DNA from: Chitinivibrionales bacterium
GTDB taxonomy: Bacteria; Fibrobacterota; Chitinivibrionia; Chitinivibrionales; WJKA01
NCBI GenBank assembly: GCA_038247415.1
Contig: JBBRUX010000047.1
Location: forward strand, 1 to 30,387
Direction of reading: 5' to 3'
Length of the DNA stretch: 30,387 nucleotides
The notes beneath the pieces are model-generated. The model had not been told where the DNA came from, did no database searches, and worked only from the letters and a program-made list of their open reading frames with translations. Each line of letters opens with the position of its first letter. Position 1 is the stretch's first letter. Made by a program: the position numbers and the translations under genes. Positions 1 through 8,799 of the stretch are shown here, piece by piece.

Positions 1-1
1 A

Positions 2-124
2 TTGCAGGAATGGTATTACAGACATTCCAATCCAAATTATGGTGCAATGCCCCCCTGGGCGGCTGGCTGCAAGCCCGATGGCGACGACGTGCCTATGAGA
101 TTGATCTATCCCCGCGAGGCATAG
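2..124 (+). pseudogene. pbpC: Penicillin-binding protein 1C, C-terminal-region fragment; enters from the window edge and appears prematurely truncated at TAG 122-124
   Basis: Frame +2, not in the ORF track, reads LQEWYYRHSNPNYGAMPPWAAGCKPDGDDVPMRLIYPREA*. This fits the PBP1C pattern EWYY-x4-P-x-Y-x3-PP...C...M-x-[LF]IYP that normally precedes the C-terminal BiPBP_C domain. Confidence 0.6.
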
Positions 125-722
125 TTTTTCCGAAAAGCGCCATGTTGAGTAGGTCAGCCTCTGAAGCATACACAATACTCATTTGCTGTTTGCTCAATTC
201 TGAGGGTATCAGGTTTTCTTTGATGGCATCGGTATGAATACGGTAATTGATTTTAGTGAGTTGGCGTTTGACATCCCAGCCAAGTTGCTTCTGTTCCTCT
301 TCTTTGAGTCGCTGAAACTCTTTTATAAGGTAAAATTTCAGTTCTGGAGAAATCCAGGTGGCAAATTCAAATGCGATATCTATGTGTGCAAACGTACCCC
401 CATATCGACCTGCTTTGGAAATAATTCCAATGGCACCAGTTTTTTCAATCCACTGTTTTGCCGAAAGGACATAGCCATTACTACCACTTTCATTTTTAAT
501 GTAACTGAATTCCGTTAGATTAAAATCCGGGTTGCTCACACGCTCCCAAATTCCCATAAACTCAATGGTATACCGTGTACTGAGCCAATGAGATATAACA
601 ACACCGGTATGTTCAGCGTTCTTATGCTTTGCCAAATCAGTCAGCGAAATATAATCTTCAGATCCCTTATGGAAAAAGGTCACATCACTACCAATTATTT
701 CAATTTTCTTGTTTGTAGCCAT
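93..722 (-). CDS. KilA-N domain DNA-binding protein, probably 3'-truncated after ...LNMALFGKT
   Basis: Contains DYISLTDLAK, WIEKTGAIGIISKAGRYGGTFAHIDIAFEFATWISPE, YLIKEFQRLK and TKINYRIHTDAIKENLIP. Homologs continue beyond LFGKT; here only 9 unrelated residues follow. Confidence 0.85.
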   Translation of the reverse strand: MATNKKIEIIGSDVTFFHKGSEDYISLTDLAKHKNAEHTGVVISHWLSTRYTIEFMGIWERVSNPDFNLTEFSYIKNESGSNGYVLSAKQWIEKTGAIGIISKAGRYGGTFAHIDIAFEFATWISPELKFYLIKEFQRLKEEEQKQLGWDVKRQLTKINYRIHTDAIKENLIPSELSKQQMSIVYASEADLLNMALFGKTMPRGDRSIS

Positions 723-799
723 TATTTAACTTCCCCCAAAGCCTTCCACTCCACCTCAACCCCATCCAGCAACTTCTCCATATAATTTTGATTACTCAT
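722..799 (-). pseudogene. hsdS: Type I RM specificity subunit N-terminal stub (25 aa, no target recognition domain)
   Basis: Translates to MSNQNYMEKLLDGVEVEWKALGEVK*, matching the conserved type IC (EcoR124I-like) HsdS N-terminus YLEKLLDGVEVEW-x-x-LGE. The ATG overlaps the yhcG-like stop and the TAA overlaps the KilA-N ATG (TAATG). Confidence 0.85.
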
Positions 800-1835
800 G
801 GGTTCCCCCTTGCAGTTCCCGTTCAATCTGTTCGATGCTTGGCAGTTGGGTTTGCAGATTCATCGGCAGTGACTCTAATAGTTTAAATTCGGCAATACCC
901 ATAGGCTGCGTTTTGTCGCCCAGAGCATATTCAGCAACTACTTTATTTTTGTTTTTGCACAGTAACAAGCCGATGGTGGGCTGATCCTGTTCATCTTTTA
1001 CTTGACGATCCACGGCGGTGAGATAAAAACCCAGTTGACCGAGGTGTTCTGGTTTGAAATCGCCTGCTTTCAGTTCGATGACCACATAGCAACGCAACTT
1101 CAGATGGTAAAACAATAGGTCGATAAAGAAATCATCTCCGCCCACTTCGATATGAACTTGTTTACCCACAAAGGCAAAGCCTGCACCCAATTCCAACAAA
1201 AAATCTGTGACATGTTTGACCAGTGCACCTTCAATTTCCCGCTCCTGTGCTTCGTTGGTCAGACCTAAAAAGTCAAACCGGTACGGGTCTTTGAGGGATT
1301 CGCGGGCGAGGTCGGATTGAGGCTTCGGTAAACACTGCTCAAAATTGGTAACTGCCGCACCTTGTCGATCTATGAGGCATGATTCGATTTGCATGACCAA
1401 TACATTGCGTGACCAGTTGTGTTCTATTGCCTTTTGAGTATACCAAATACGCATTTCGTTGTTGTCTAATTTATCTAAAAGTGCCAGTTGGTGATACCAA
1501 GGCAATTGTGCAAGCACCTCTTGCACAAATGCGATATCTGGCCATGTATTGGCAAAGGAACGCATATATTTGAGATTTCGTGGGGAAAACCCTTTAATAT
1601 CGGGAAACGCATTCCGCAGGTCGTGAGCCAAACGCTCAATAACCTTAGCTCCCCAACCTTGTTGATCTTGTCGGGTCAGAATATCGCTCCCGATTTGCCA
1701 ATACAGTAAAACTAACTCTCGATTGACAGTCAATGTGGCTCGTTGTTGGGCTGTATGAATACGATGTTTTAAGTTATTGAGCCAATCGGCGTATGGCTCT
1801 GGCATCTGTTCTAACGCTATCGGTTTTTTACTCAT
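792..1835 (-). CDS. YhcG/DUF1016 family PD-(D/E)XK nuclease domain protein
   Basis: LYWQIG...WGAKVIERLAHDL, GFSPRNLKYMR, LKDPYRFDFL, FLLELGAGFAFVGKQ, IDLLFYHLKLRCYVVIELK, GQLGFY, PTIGLLLCK. Confidence 0.93.
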   Translation of the reverse strand: MSKKPIALEQMPEPYADWLNNLKHRIHTAQQRATLTVNRELVLLYWQIGSDILTRQDQQGWGAKVIERLAHDLRNAFPDIKGFSPRNLKYMRSFANTWPDIAFVQEVLAQLPWYHQLALLDKLDNNEMRIWYTQKAIEHNWSRNVLVMQIESCLIDRQGAAVTNFEQCLPKPQSDLARESLKDPYRFDFLGLTNEAQEREIEGALVKHVTDFLLELGAGFAFVGKQVHIEVGGDDFFIDLLFYHLKLRCYVVIELKAGDFKPEHLGQLGFYLTAVDRQVKDEQDQPTIGLLLCKNKNKVVAEYALGDKTQPMGIAEFKLLESLPMNLQTQLPSIEQIERELQGGTHE

Positions 1836-2869
1836 GCCTTGCCCTCATTTTTCTCAATGGCTTTTATCTGCTTATCAAAATCGGATACGTACAAACGATC
1901 TTGCACAATGCGGTATTTTTCAAATTCACTGATCGCATGGGCTTTGGCGATTTCGGCGCTGACTTTGCCGGCGTCTTGCAAGATTTCTCTATCGGTGGCG
2001 GCAATAAATCGGTTTAGGCGCTCTTCCCAGTCGGCCATGGTCATGGGCATCTGCCTCAAGGCCATATCTTCGGCTACATCTAAATAGGCATTGACCAGCC
2101 TTTGTAATTGGGCAAGTTCATGTTTGTTTAGATAATTTTTGGCAATGCTGACATCAAATTTCTGAATTTTGCCTTCTGGTGCATCTTTCCAAGCCGTTAA
2201 ACCCATATTGGGTTGGGCGGCATCTGCGCGGGTATACACCACTTCGGCGGCGGTTTGCCCGTGAATTGCCCAGTGCAATTTGTTTTGCACGGTCGCAAAA
2301 AACCGCTTAGTGACTGTGGCGGTTACATCGTAGTCAATGGAGCTTGCGTAGATGTCGGTAATCTTTTGATAAAACTTACGCTCACTGAGCCGTATTTCAC
2401 GAATACGCTCAAGCTGTTCTTCAAAATATTTTTTTCCTAAGATTGAACCATCATTTTTAAGGCGCTCATCGTCCATGATGTAGCCTTTGATTGTGTATTC
2501 TTTGATAATGCCCGTTGCCCATTTGCGGAACTGCACGGCACGCTCGGAGTTAACTTTGTACCCCACGGCAATGATGGCTGATAGGTTGTAGTGGTAGGTG
2601 TTGTAGTTTTTATCGTCTAAGGCAGTTATTCGAAAATTTCGAATAACTGCAGCCTCCTCAAGTTCACTGTCTGAGAATATTTTTTTGAGATGGTAGTTAA
2701 TGGTATTGGTTTCTACATCATAGAGAACGCCCATCATTTTCTGGCTGAGCCACACGTCTTCATCGGCATAGACCGCTTCAACTCCTCCCTCGCCATTGGC
2801 TGCAACAAAAGTAAGGTATTCAGCTGCGGATGAGCGAATCGTGAGCGCTGGAAGTTTCTTTTTACTCAT
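1832..2869 (-). CDS. RhuM (virulence RhuM-family) protein
   Basis: [89 protein letters not shown] overlaps at both ends. Confidence 0.92.
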   Translation of the reverse strand: MSKKKLPALTIRSSAAEYLTFVAANGEGGVEAVYADEDVWLSQKMMGVLYDVETNTINYHLKKIFSDSELEEAAVIRNFRITALDDKNYNTYHYNLSAIIAVGYKVNSERAVQFRKWATGIIKEYTIKGYIMDDERLKNDGSILGKKYFEEQLERIREIRLSERKFYQKITDIYASSIDYDVTATVTKRFFATVQNKLHWAIHGQTAAEVVYTRADAAQPNMGLTAWKDAPEGKIQKFDVSIAKNYLNKHELAQLQRLVNAYLDVAEDMALRQMPMTMADWEERLNRFIAATDREILQDAGKVSAEIAKAHAISEFEKYRIVQDRLYVSDFDKQIKAIEKNEGKA

Positions 2870-4416
2870 TCTTGCGCACCTTCAATCTCCGCAACAATAA
2901 CATCAATATCAGCTCGAAGCTTGTCGATCTTTGCAACGGTGGTTTTTAGCTCGGCATTAAGTTTGGTTATGTTAATCACTTCGCGGGTGTCTTCGGCTTC
3001 CACATAGGAGCTTACCGAGAGGTTATAGTCGTTTTGGGCTACTGCATCGTAATCTATTGATTTGGAGAGATAATCAGCATCCTTTTTTTTGTCAAAGAGC
3101 TGCATAATCTGTTCGATGTGTTCAGCCGTGAGAATGTTGTTGTTGGTTTCTTTTTTAAAGAGTCCGCTGGCATCAATGAATTGGGTTTTGTTATCGCTCT
3201 TATGCTTGGAAAGTACCAAAATATTAACGGCAATGGATGTACCAAAAAAGAGGTTTGGAGCAAGGGAGATCACGGTTTCTACAAAGTTATTATCGATGAG
3301 ATATTGACGGATTTTCTGTTCGGCTCCACCACGGTAAAAGATACCGGGGAAGCAGACAATGGCAGCACGCCCTTTACTGGAAAGGTAGCTGAGCGCATGA
3401 AGCACAAAAGCAAAGTCGGCTTTTGATTTGGGAGCCAAGACGCCAGCGGGGGCAAAGCGGTCGTCGTTAATGAGCGTGGGGTCATCGCTTCCGATCCAGT
3501 TTACCGAATAAGGCGGATTAGAAACAATAGCATCAAAAGGTTTATCATCATTAAAATGAGGATCTAAAAGGGTGTTGCCCAAAGCAATATGGAACTTATC
3601 GTAGTTGATATTGTGCAAAAACATATTCATACGGGCAAGGTTGTAGGTGGTGTGGTTGATCTCCTGCCCAAAGAACCCATCTTCGATGATGTGATTATCA
3701 AAGTGTTTTTTTGCTTGCAACAGAAGAGAGCCGGAACCTGCCGCGGGGTCGTAAATTTTATTGACCTTTTTTTGCTTGTGCATTGCCAGTTGTGCAATGA
3801 GCTTTGAGACGCTTTGAGGGGTGAAAAACTCACCGCCTGATTTCCCTGCATTGGCAGCGTAATTTGAAATGAGAAATTCGTATGCATCACCGAAGAGGTC
3901 TATTTGACTCTCTTGGAGCTTACCAAACGAGAGACCAGCAACGCCTTTGAGTACGGCAGAGAGACGGCTGTTTTTATCTTTGACCGTATTGCCGAGACGG
4001 TTACTGGTGGTATCGAAATCGGCAAAGAGCCCTTTGATATCATCTTCGGAAGGGTAGCCGTTTGCAGAGCTTTCGATGGCAGTGAAGATGGCTTTCAGGT
4101 CGGTGTTGAGGTCGGCGTTAACATTAGCACCTTTGGCAATGTTTGAAAAGAGCTGGCTTGGGTAGATGAAATAGCCTTTGGTCTTGATAGCATCGTCTTT
4201 AATATCTGCGGTGATAGCTTTATCAGAAAGTGCGGCATAGTTGACGCTATCGTCACCACCTTCGATGTAGCTTGCAAAGTTTTCACTGATGAAGCGATAG
4301 AAGAGAGTTCCCAAAACATACTGCTTGAAATCCCATCCATCGACGGAACCACGAACATCATTGGCAATTTTCCAGATTTGGGATTGTAGTTCGGCTCTTT
4401 GTGAGGCACTTGTCAT
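2866..4416 (-). CDS. hsdM: Type I restriction-modification methyltransferase subunit M (type IC, EcoR124I-like; m6A)
   Basis: N-terminus [38 protein letters not shown]-binding motif [11 protein letters not shown]; catalytic NPPY; RBS CAGGAG upstream. Confidence 0.97.
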   Translation of the reverse strand: MTSASQRAELQSQIWKIANDVRGSVDGWDFKQYVLGTLFYRFISENFASYIEGGDDSVNYAALSDKAITADIKDDAIKTKGYFIYPSQLFSNIAKGANVNADLNTDLKAIFTAIESSANGYPSEDDIKGLFADFDTTSNRLGNTVKDKNSRLSAVLKGVAGLSFGKLQESQIDLFGDAYEFLISNYAANAGKSGGEFFTPQSVSKLIAQLAMHKQKKVNKIYDPAAGSGSLLLQAKKHFDNHIIEDGFFGQEINHTTYNLARMNMFLHNINYDKFHIALGNTLLDPHFNDDKPFDAIVSNPPYSVNWIGSDDPTLINDDRFAPAGVLAPKSKADFAFVLHALSYLSSKGRAAIVCFPGIFYRGGAEQKIRQYLIDNNFVETVISLAPNLFFGTSIAVNILVLSKHKSDNKTQFIDASGLFKKETNNNILTAEHIEQIMQLFDKKKDADYLSKSIDYDAVAQNDYNLSVSSYVEAEDTREVINITKLNAELKTTVAKIDKLRADIDVIVAEIEGAQE

Positions 4417-5265
4417 TTATAAAGCTCCTGTTTCTGTTCTTTTCTTTCTGGTACTTTGACGAGTTTTCCTGTTTTGTCATTGTAGAATTGAATCGTCAAA
4501 TTCGCATCTTCCTTTTTTTGCGCATCAGTTCTTTTTCTTCTTCAGGGGCTGGTCTTGCATTAAATTCGATTTCTGACTTCCCGCCGCCGCTATAATTTCA
4601 TTGTTTAAATTTATTGACACCAACTCGTTACTATAGGAAACACTTACCAATAGCATACCAAAACATCCCTTAAACGGAACCAAACCAGTTGGCTATTTCG
4701 TTTCCCATTGCATACTAGAATTGGGGGTGCTCGTGGTGCGCCGGCCATATCGATCCGTGAGAAAGACGCAGCATGAACAACCGGTTTGCGACTGTCATTT
4801 TTTATAATACTTACGATGTGAAGACAAATTGAATATACAACTTGCTATTCTCGGAACAAAATGAGCGCAATTTATTCGGTACAGCCTTTGGAGGGCATCA
4901 TTTCCGATGCTTTTAGCCAACCTCAAAATTGAGCGAGGAAGCACTTTTTTATAGCGTAAATACGCCGCCCGACCGGAGTTCCCTCGGACCAACAACGGAA
5001 AAGGCGCATCCCATGCAAAGCAAAATACGTCAACGTCGCAACTTATCAGGTGAAAAGAAATACACTTGCGGTTCTTGATATGAAAATAGCCTTAGCTTAA
5101 TTTACTTGAAAATCAGACTCTATCTAAAAAACGCGCCGATTCCCACGCATGCAATTTTCTTATTTTCACAAGAATAGTAGTGCCAAGAATCGAATCTTTC
5201 AATTTTTGCTTTTAATAATTTTTTCTAAACGACAATCAGCCTTGTCAATTGATCAAAAAACCCTC

Positions 5266-5607
5266 TTACGGCACCAATCCCAGATCTCCCCCTGCCAGTA
5301 TATGCACATGTAAATGGTGCACCGATTGGTGGGCATCTTTGCCTGAGTTTATAACAAGACGATATCCGTTTTGAGCGAGCCCTTTTTGATTGACTATGGT
5401 GCCAACTGCGGAAAAGAGATTTTCAAAGACATGCATAGTAGCGGGTAGTGCGGCATGAACGGAGTCGATATGAAGCTTTGGGATAACCAGAATATGCGTG
5501 GGGGCTTTTGGGGTAATATCGGCTATGGCAAAAACAGTGTCATCTTCGTAGATCTTTGGTGAGGGAATTTCTCCGCGCATGATTTTGCAAAAAATGCATG
5601 AATCCAT
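5266..5607 (-). CDS. Histidine triad (HIT) nucleotide-binding protein, HinT-like
   Basis: CIFCKI N-terminus, THILVIPK, GYRLVIN, HLHVH triad; RBS AAGGAG upstream. Confidence 0.95.
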   Translation of the reverse strand: MDSCIFCKIMRGEIPSPKIYEDDTVFAIADITPKAPTHILVIPKLHIDSVHAALPATMHVFENLFSAVGTIVNQKGLAQNGYRLVINSGKDAHQSVHHLHVHILAGGDLGLVP

Positions 5608-5627
5608 AGCAATTCTCCTTGTGTATA

Positions 5628-6473
5628 TTATGACCTACGAATGAAATAGCCTATTGGTAGTGAGATGCAATAGAGCACGAGCGAACAGAGAACAATGGTA
5701 GCGCCTGTTGCGGTTGACCAATAGAATGAGCAAATAAGGCCACTCACGCCCGAAATTAAACCCGCAGCTATGGCATACAAAGTATACGATTTCATGGATG
5801 TTGCCACGTTTCTCGCACAGCCTGCAGGAAGCAAGAGCAGGGCATTAATAACAAGAATTCCTACCCATTGTATGCAAACAGAGACCACAGCCGCAATAAG
5901 AATGGCAAAAAAACTTTCGATGAGAAACGGAGGAATTCTTCTACTGCGTGCGAGGGTACTATTTACCGAGAGCAGGAAAATGCTATTGAAGGCCAGAACC
6001 CAAATGACAAGAACAATAATCATAACAACTAAAAGCCGAACAAGCTCTTGCGAATTGATCGAGAGAATGTCTCCAATGAGAAAGTTAGAGTAGCGGGCAA
6101 AGCCACCCCCGCGAGATAATAGAAGAACTCCCAGAGCTATCGTTGATGACATGACAAGGCCGATTATCGTATCAATGGAGTTGTGGCTAATGCGTCGCAA
6201 GGCAGTGATGATGATCGCCAACAAGCATCCGAAAATAATAATGGCAAATGTTGGGTCGGCAAAGCCCATAAGAATACCAAGGGCTATTCCCGTAAGTCCA
6301 GCATGGCCAATTGCATCGGAAAAAAAGGCCATTTGGCTATGGATAACAAGGCATCCAATAAGTGCAAAAAGCGGGGTGACAATAATAATTGCAAGAAGGG
6401 CATTCTGCATAAATCCGAATTGTGCCCAATCGAACGGTAATCGTAGTAGGAGTGAATGCCACAGTTCAAGCAT
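5628..6473 (-). CDS. Metal (Zn/Mn) ABC transporter permease, ZnuB-like
   Basis: MAFFSDAIGHAGLTGIALG, FLIGDILSI, VGILVINALLLLPA, ATGATIVL; multiple TM segments. Start placed at ATG 6473, which overlaps the end of the upstream ATPase gene; the ORF-track start is 6518. Confidence 0.92.
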   Translation of the reverse strand: MLELWHSLLLRLPFDWAQFGFMQNALLAIIIVTPLFALIGCLVIHSQMAFFSDAIGHAGLTGIALGILMGFADPTFAIIIFGCLLAIIITALRRISHNSIDTIIGLVMSSTIALGVLLLSRGGGFARYSNFLIGDILSINSQELVRLLVVMIIVLVIWVLAFNSIFLLSVNSTLARSRRIPPFLIESFFAILIAAVVSVCIQWVGILVINALLLLPAGCARNVATSMKSYTLYAIAAGLISGVSGLICSFYWSTATGATIVLCSLVLYCISLPIGYFIRRS

Positions 6474-7314
6474 GAGAACAGTTCCCGCTGTGGGTGTGGG
6501 TGCAATCAGAACATCCATGATGAACTATTGCGTGGGGCTTTGTTTGAGGAATAACTACTCCAAAGAGCTCGGTAACTAATGGATGTGCGAGCGTTTGCTG
6601 TGGCGTGCCATCGCAGAGTATGCTTTTGTTAAGAAAAACCATCCGGTCTGCAATATCAGCAACCCGCATAAGGTCGTGTGATATTAAAAGAATAGAAAGA
6701 TCAAATTTCTCCCGAAGCTGGGATATCATCTGGTAAAAGAGCGCGATTCCTGCTGGGTCAACACCCGATACTGGTTCGTCTAGCAAGAGAATGTCGGGCA
6801 CGGGTGTAAGGGCCAATGCTAAAAGGACTCGTTGTAGTTCTCCCCCAGAAAGTTGCCCAATAAGTCGTTTGCAGAGGTTTTGGACCCCAACCATTGCAAG
6901 CATTTCATGGGCTTTTTCGTGAACTTTTTTGGGAGAACCCAAGAATATTGGAAAGCGACTTGTTGCAGCGGTAAAGAGATCCAGCACCGAAATGGGTGCT
7001 TTGGGATCTAGGTCTAATTTTTGGGGGACATACCCCATTCGCGGTTGACGGATAGCCTTTCGTCCTTGGGCGTTAAAAAGAAGTTCTCCGGTGTGGGGAA
7101 GTTCGCCAAGAATTGCTTTAAATAAAGTTGTTTTTCCTGCACCATTAGGGCCAATGATTGCCGTGAGTTCACCGCAATGCATGTGGAGATTGACATTTTC
7201 GAGAATAGTGCGGACTCCAAGGCGTACGCCAAGATTGCGCAATTGTGTACAACACGGTGCTGCTTGTTTACTATGAGTACTGTGCAGTGTCGCGGGATCT
7301 GGTAATGGTATCAT
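6466..7314 (-). CDS. Metal ABC transporter ATP-binding protein, ZnuC-like
   Basis: Walker A GPNGAGKTT, GYVPQ, signature LSGGELQR, Walker B LLLDEP, ISHDL. Confidence 0.94.
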   Translation of the reverse strand: MIPLPDPATLHSTHSKQAAPCCTQLRNLGVRLGVRTILENVNLHMHCGELTAIIGPNGAGKTTLFKAILGELPHTGELLFNAQGRKAIRQPRMGYVPQKLDLDPKAPISVLDLFTAATSRFPIFLGSPKKVHEKAHEMLAMVGVQNLCKRLIGQLSGGELQRVLLALALTPVPDILLLDEPVSGVDPAGIALFYQMISQLREKFDLSILLISHDLMRVADIADRMVFLNKSILCDGTPQQTLAHPLVTELFGVVIPQTKPHAIVHHGCSDCTHTHSGNCSHA

Positions 7315-7331
7315 GGTATGTATGGTGGTGG

Positions 7332-7367
7332 TGTATCAGAGAAGGTTTGTACACCCCCTCTGATACA
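7332..7367 (-). repeat. Intergenic stem-loop (15-bp stem, 6-nt loop) between rseP and the ABC ATPase gene
   Basis: Minus strand TGTATCAGAGGGGGT-GTACAA-ACCTTCTCTGATACA. The two non-Watson-Crick positions are G-U on the transcribed strand. No U-tract follows. Confidence 0.7.
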
Positions 7368-7379
7368 ATAGATCCCGGA

Positions 7380-8732
7380 TTATTTTCCAAACATCTGAAA
7401 CATTTCGGGAATGCGCTTGATATCATTAAAGGTAACAAAGATTGCTAAAGCTATAAAACCGGCAATTGCAATGCGATTGATAATCATTTGTGCATTGAGG
7501 GAGAGCGGTCGTTTACGAATAGCTTCAACCAAAAGCAGTAAGAGTACCCCGCCATCTGTAATGACAAGCGGTAGTAAATTGATAACCGCAAGGTTGACGC
7601 CTAAAAGCGCCATGAACGTGAGAACCGAAACAATGCCAAAAGAAACCATGGCACCCGACATTTGCACAATCCCTACAGGACCAGCGAGCTGGTTTGCCGA
7701 AACTTCTTTGGTAACAAGCTTTTTAACCACAACAAAAATCATGGTGGTAAGGTCCCACGTTTTTTGCACCGCCAAAGGGAGTGCAACAAGCGGAGAATAT
7801 GATATTTTGCGCATAGCGGGTGTTTCCATCGCAATACCAAGCATATATCGCTTTTCGGTGGTGTTGAATGCAGGGTTGATCGTGAGTGTCAAGGTACTGG
7901 TTGATCTTTGTATATCACATGCCAACGGGCCTTTGGTACTATCCCATTGCGTAATTGATTGCGATAATTCGTGCCATGAATTGACCTTTTTCCCATTTAT
8001 GGCAGTTACGATATCTCCTTTTTGCAGCCCCGCTACTGCGCCGGGCATGCCTGGGGTGGTAGCGCCAATGATTGCGGGTGGCGCAGGGAGAATCCCCCCT
8101 GTAGGATTTTTAGGAATACCGCCCGAAGTAATTGGAGGAAATTGCAGCGTTAGGGGTAGTTCCTGTGTTCCCCTTTTTGCAACTATGTGATATGTTCGTT
8201 CCTGGAACGTAAGGCTTTTTTCGATATCGTGCCAATTGGCAATATGTTTACCGTTTATTGAAATAAGAGTGTCGCCCGATAAAAAACCAGCGTGCTGGGC
8301 GATTGAAGAATCCAAAACTGCGCCAATTGACGGGGTGTCTAAATAGCGGGGGCGTTCTATTCCGATCATGAATACGCACCAGGCAAGAATGAACGCAAAT
8401 ACATAGTTAAAGACAGGCCCTGCTAAAACTACTCCAGCTCTTTGCCAAATTGGCTTTGCATTAAAATCGCTAGACTCCAAGGGGACGCCATCTTGGGGAT
8501 ACTCGCCAGCCATTCGCACATATCCACCAAAAGGGATCATGCTAAAACGGTATTCGGTTCCATTAATGGTTTTAGAGAAAAAAGCTTTACCGAATCCAAG
8601 CGAAAACGCTAAAACTTTTATTTTGAATGCTTTTGCAACGAGAAAGTGCCCAAGTTCATGAACAAACACAAGAATGCTCAGAATAACAAAGCCTGCAAGA
8701 AGCGACTGGAACGAACTTAGAATAATATGCAT
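7380..8732 (-). CDS. rseP: RIP metalloprotease RseP (site-2 protease, two PDZ domains)
   Basis: HELGH zinc motif, IPFGGYVRM, AGPVFN, two PDZ-like repeats (AGFLSGD, AGLQKGD), GPVGI, NLLPLVITDGG. Confidence 0.95.
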   Translation of the reverse strand: MHIILSSFQSLLAGFVILSILVFVHELGHFLVAKAFKIKVLAFSLGFGKAFFSKTINGTEYRFSMIPFGGYVRMAGEYPQDGVPLESSDFNAKPIWQRAGVVLAGPVFNYVFAFILAWCVFMIGIERPRYLDTPSIGAVLDSSIAQHAGFLSGDTLISINGKHIANWHDIEKSLTFQERTYHIVAKRGTQELPLTLQFPPITSGGIPKNPTGGILPAPPAIIGATTPGMPGAVAGLQKGDIVTAINGKKVNSWHELSQSITQWDSTKGPLACDIQRSTSTLTLTINPAFNTTEKRYMLGIAMETPAMRKISYSPLVALPLAVQKTWDLTTMIFVVVKKLVTKEVSANQLAGPVGIVQMSGAMVSFGIVSVLTFMALLGVNLAVINLLPLVITDGGVLLLLLVEAIRKRPLSLNAQMIINRIAIAGFIALAIFVTFNDIKRIPEMFQMFGK

Positions 8733-8799
8733 GGTTCTCTCAAACTATAAATAATGGAAGAAATACAGTAATTGCAATGATTCTCGTTTATTAAAATAG

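Noticed and set aside
10..237. 75-aa plus-strand ORF in the track
   Set aside because: It straddles the junction. The recognisable proteins are in frame +2 (pbpC-like) and on the minus strand (KilA-N).
4736..4800. GTGCGCCGGCCAT as a possible group II intron 5' end
   Set aside because: No further domain I similarity, no domain V and no reverse transcriptase ORF.
4795..4995. 66-aa minus-strand ORF in the hsdM-HIT gap
   Set aside because: TTG start, no recognisable motif or RBS; cannot be supported.
7411..8190. 259-aa ORF antisense to rseP
   Set aside because: Codon-register shadow of a hydrophobic gene, with no motifs.
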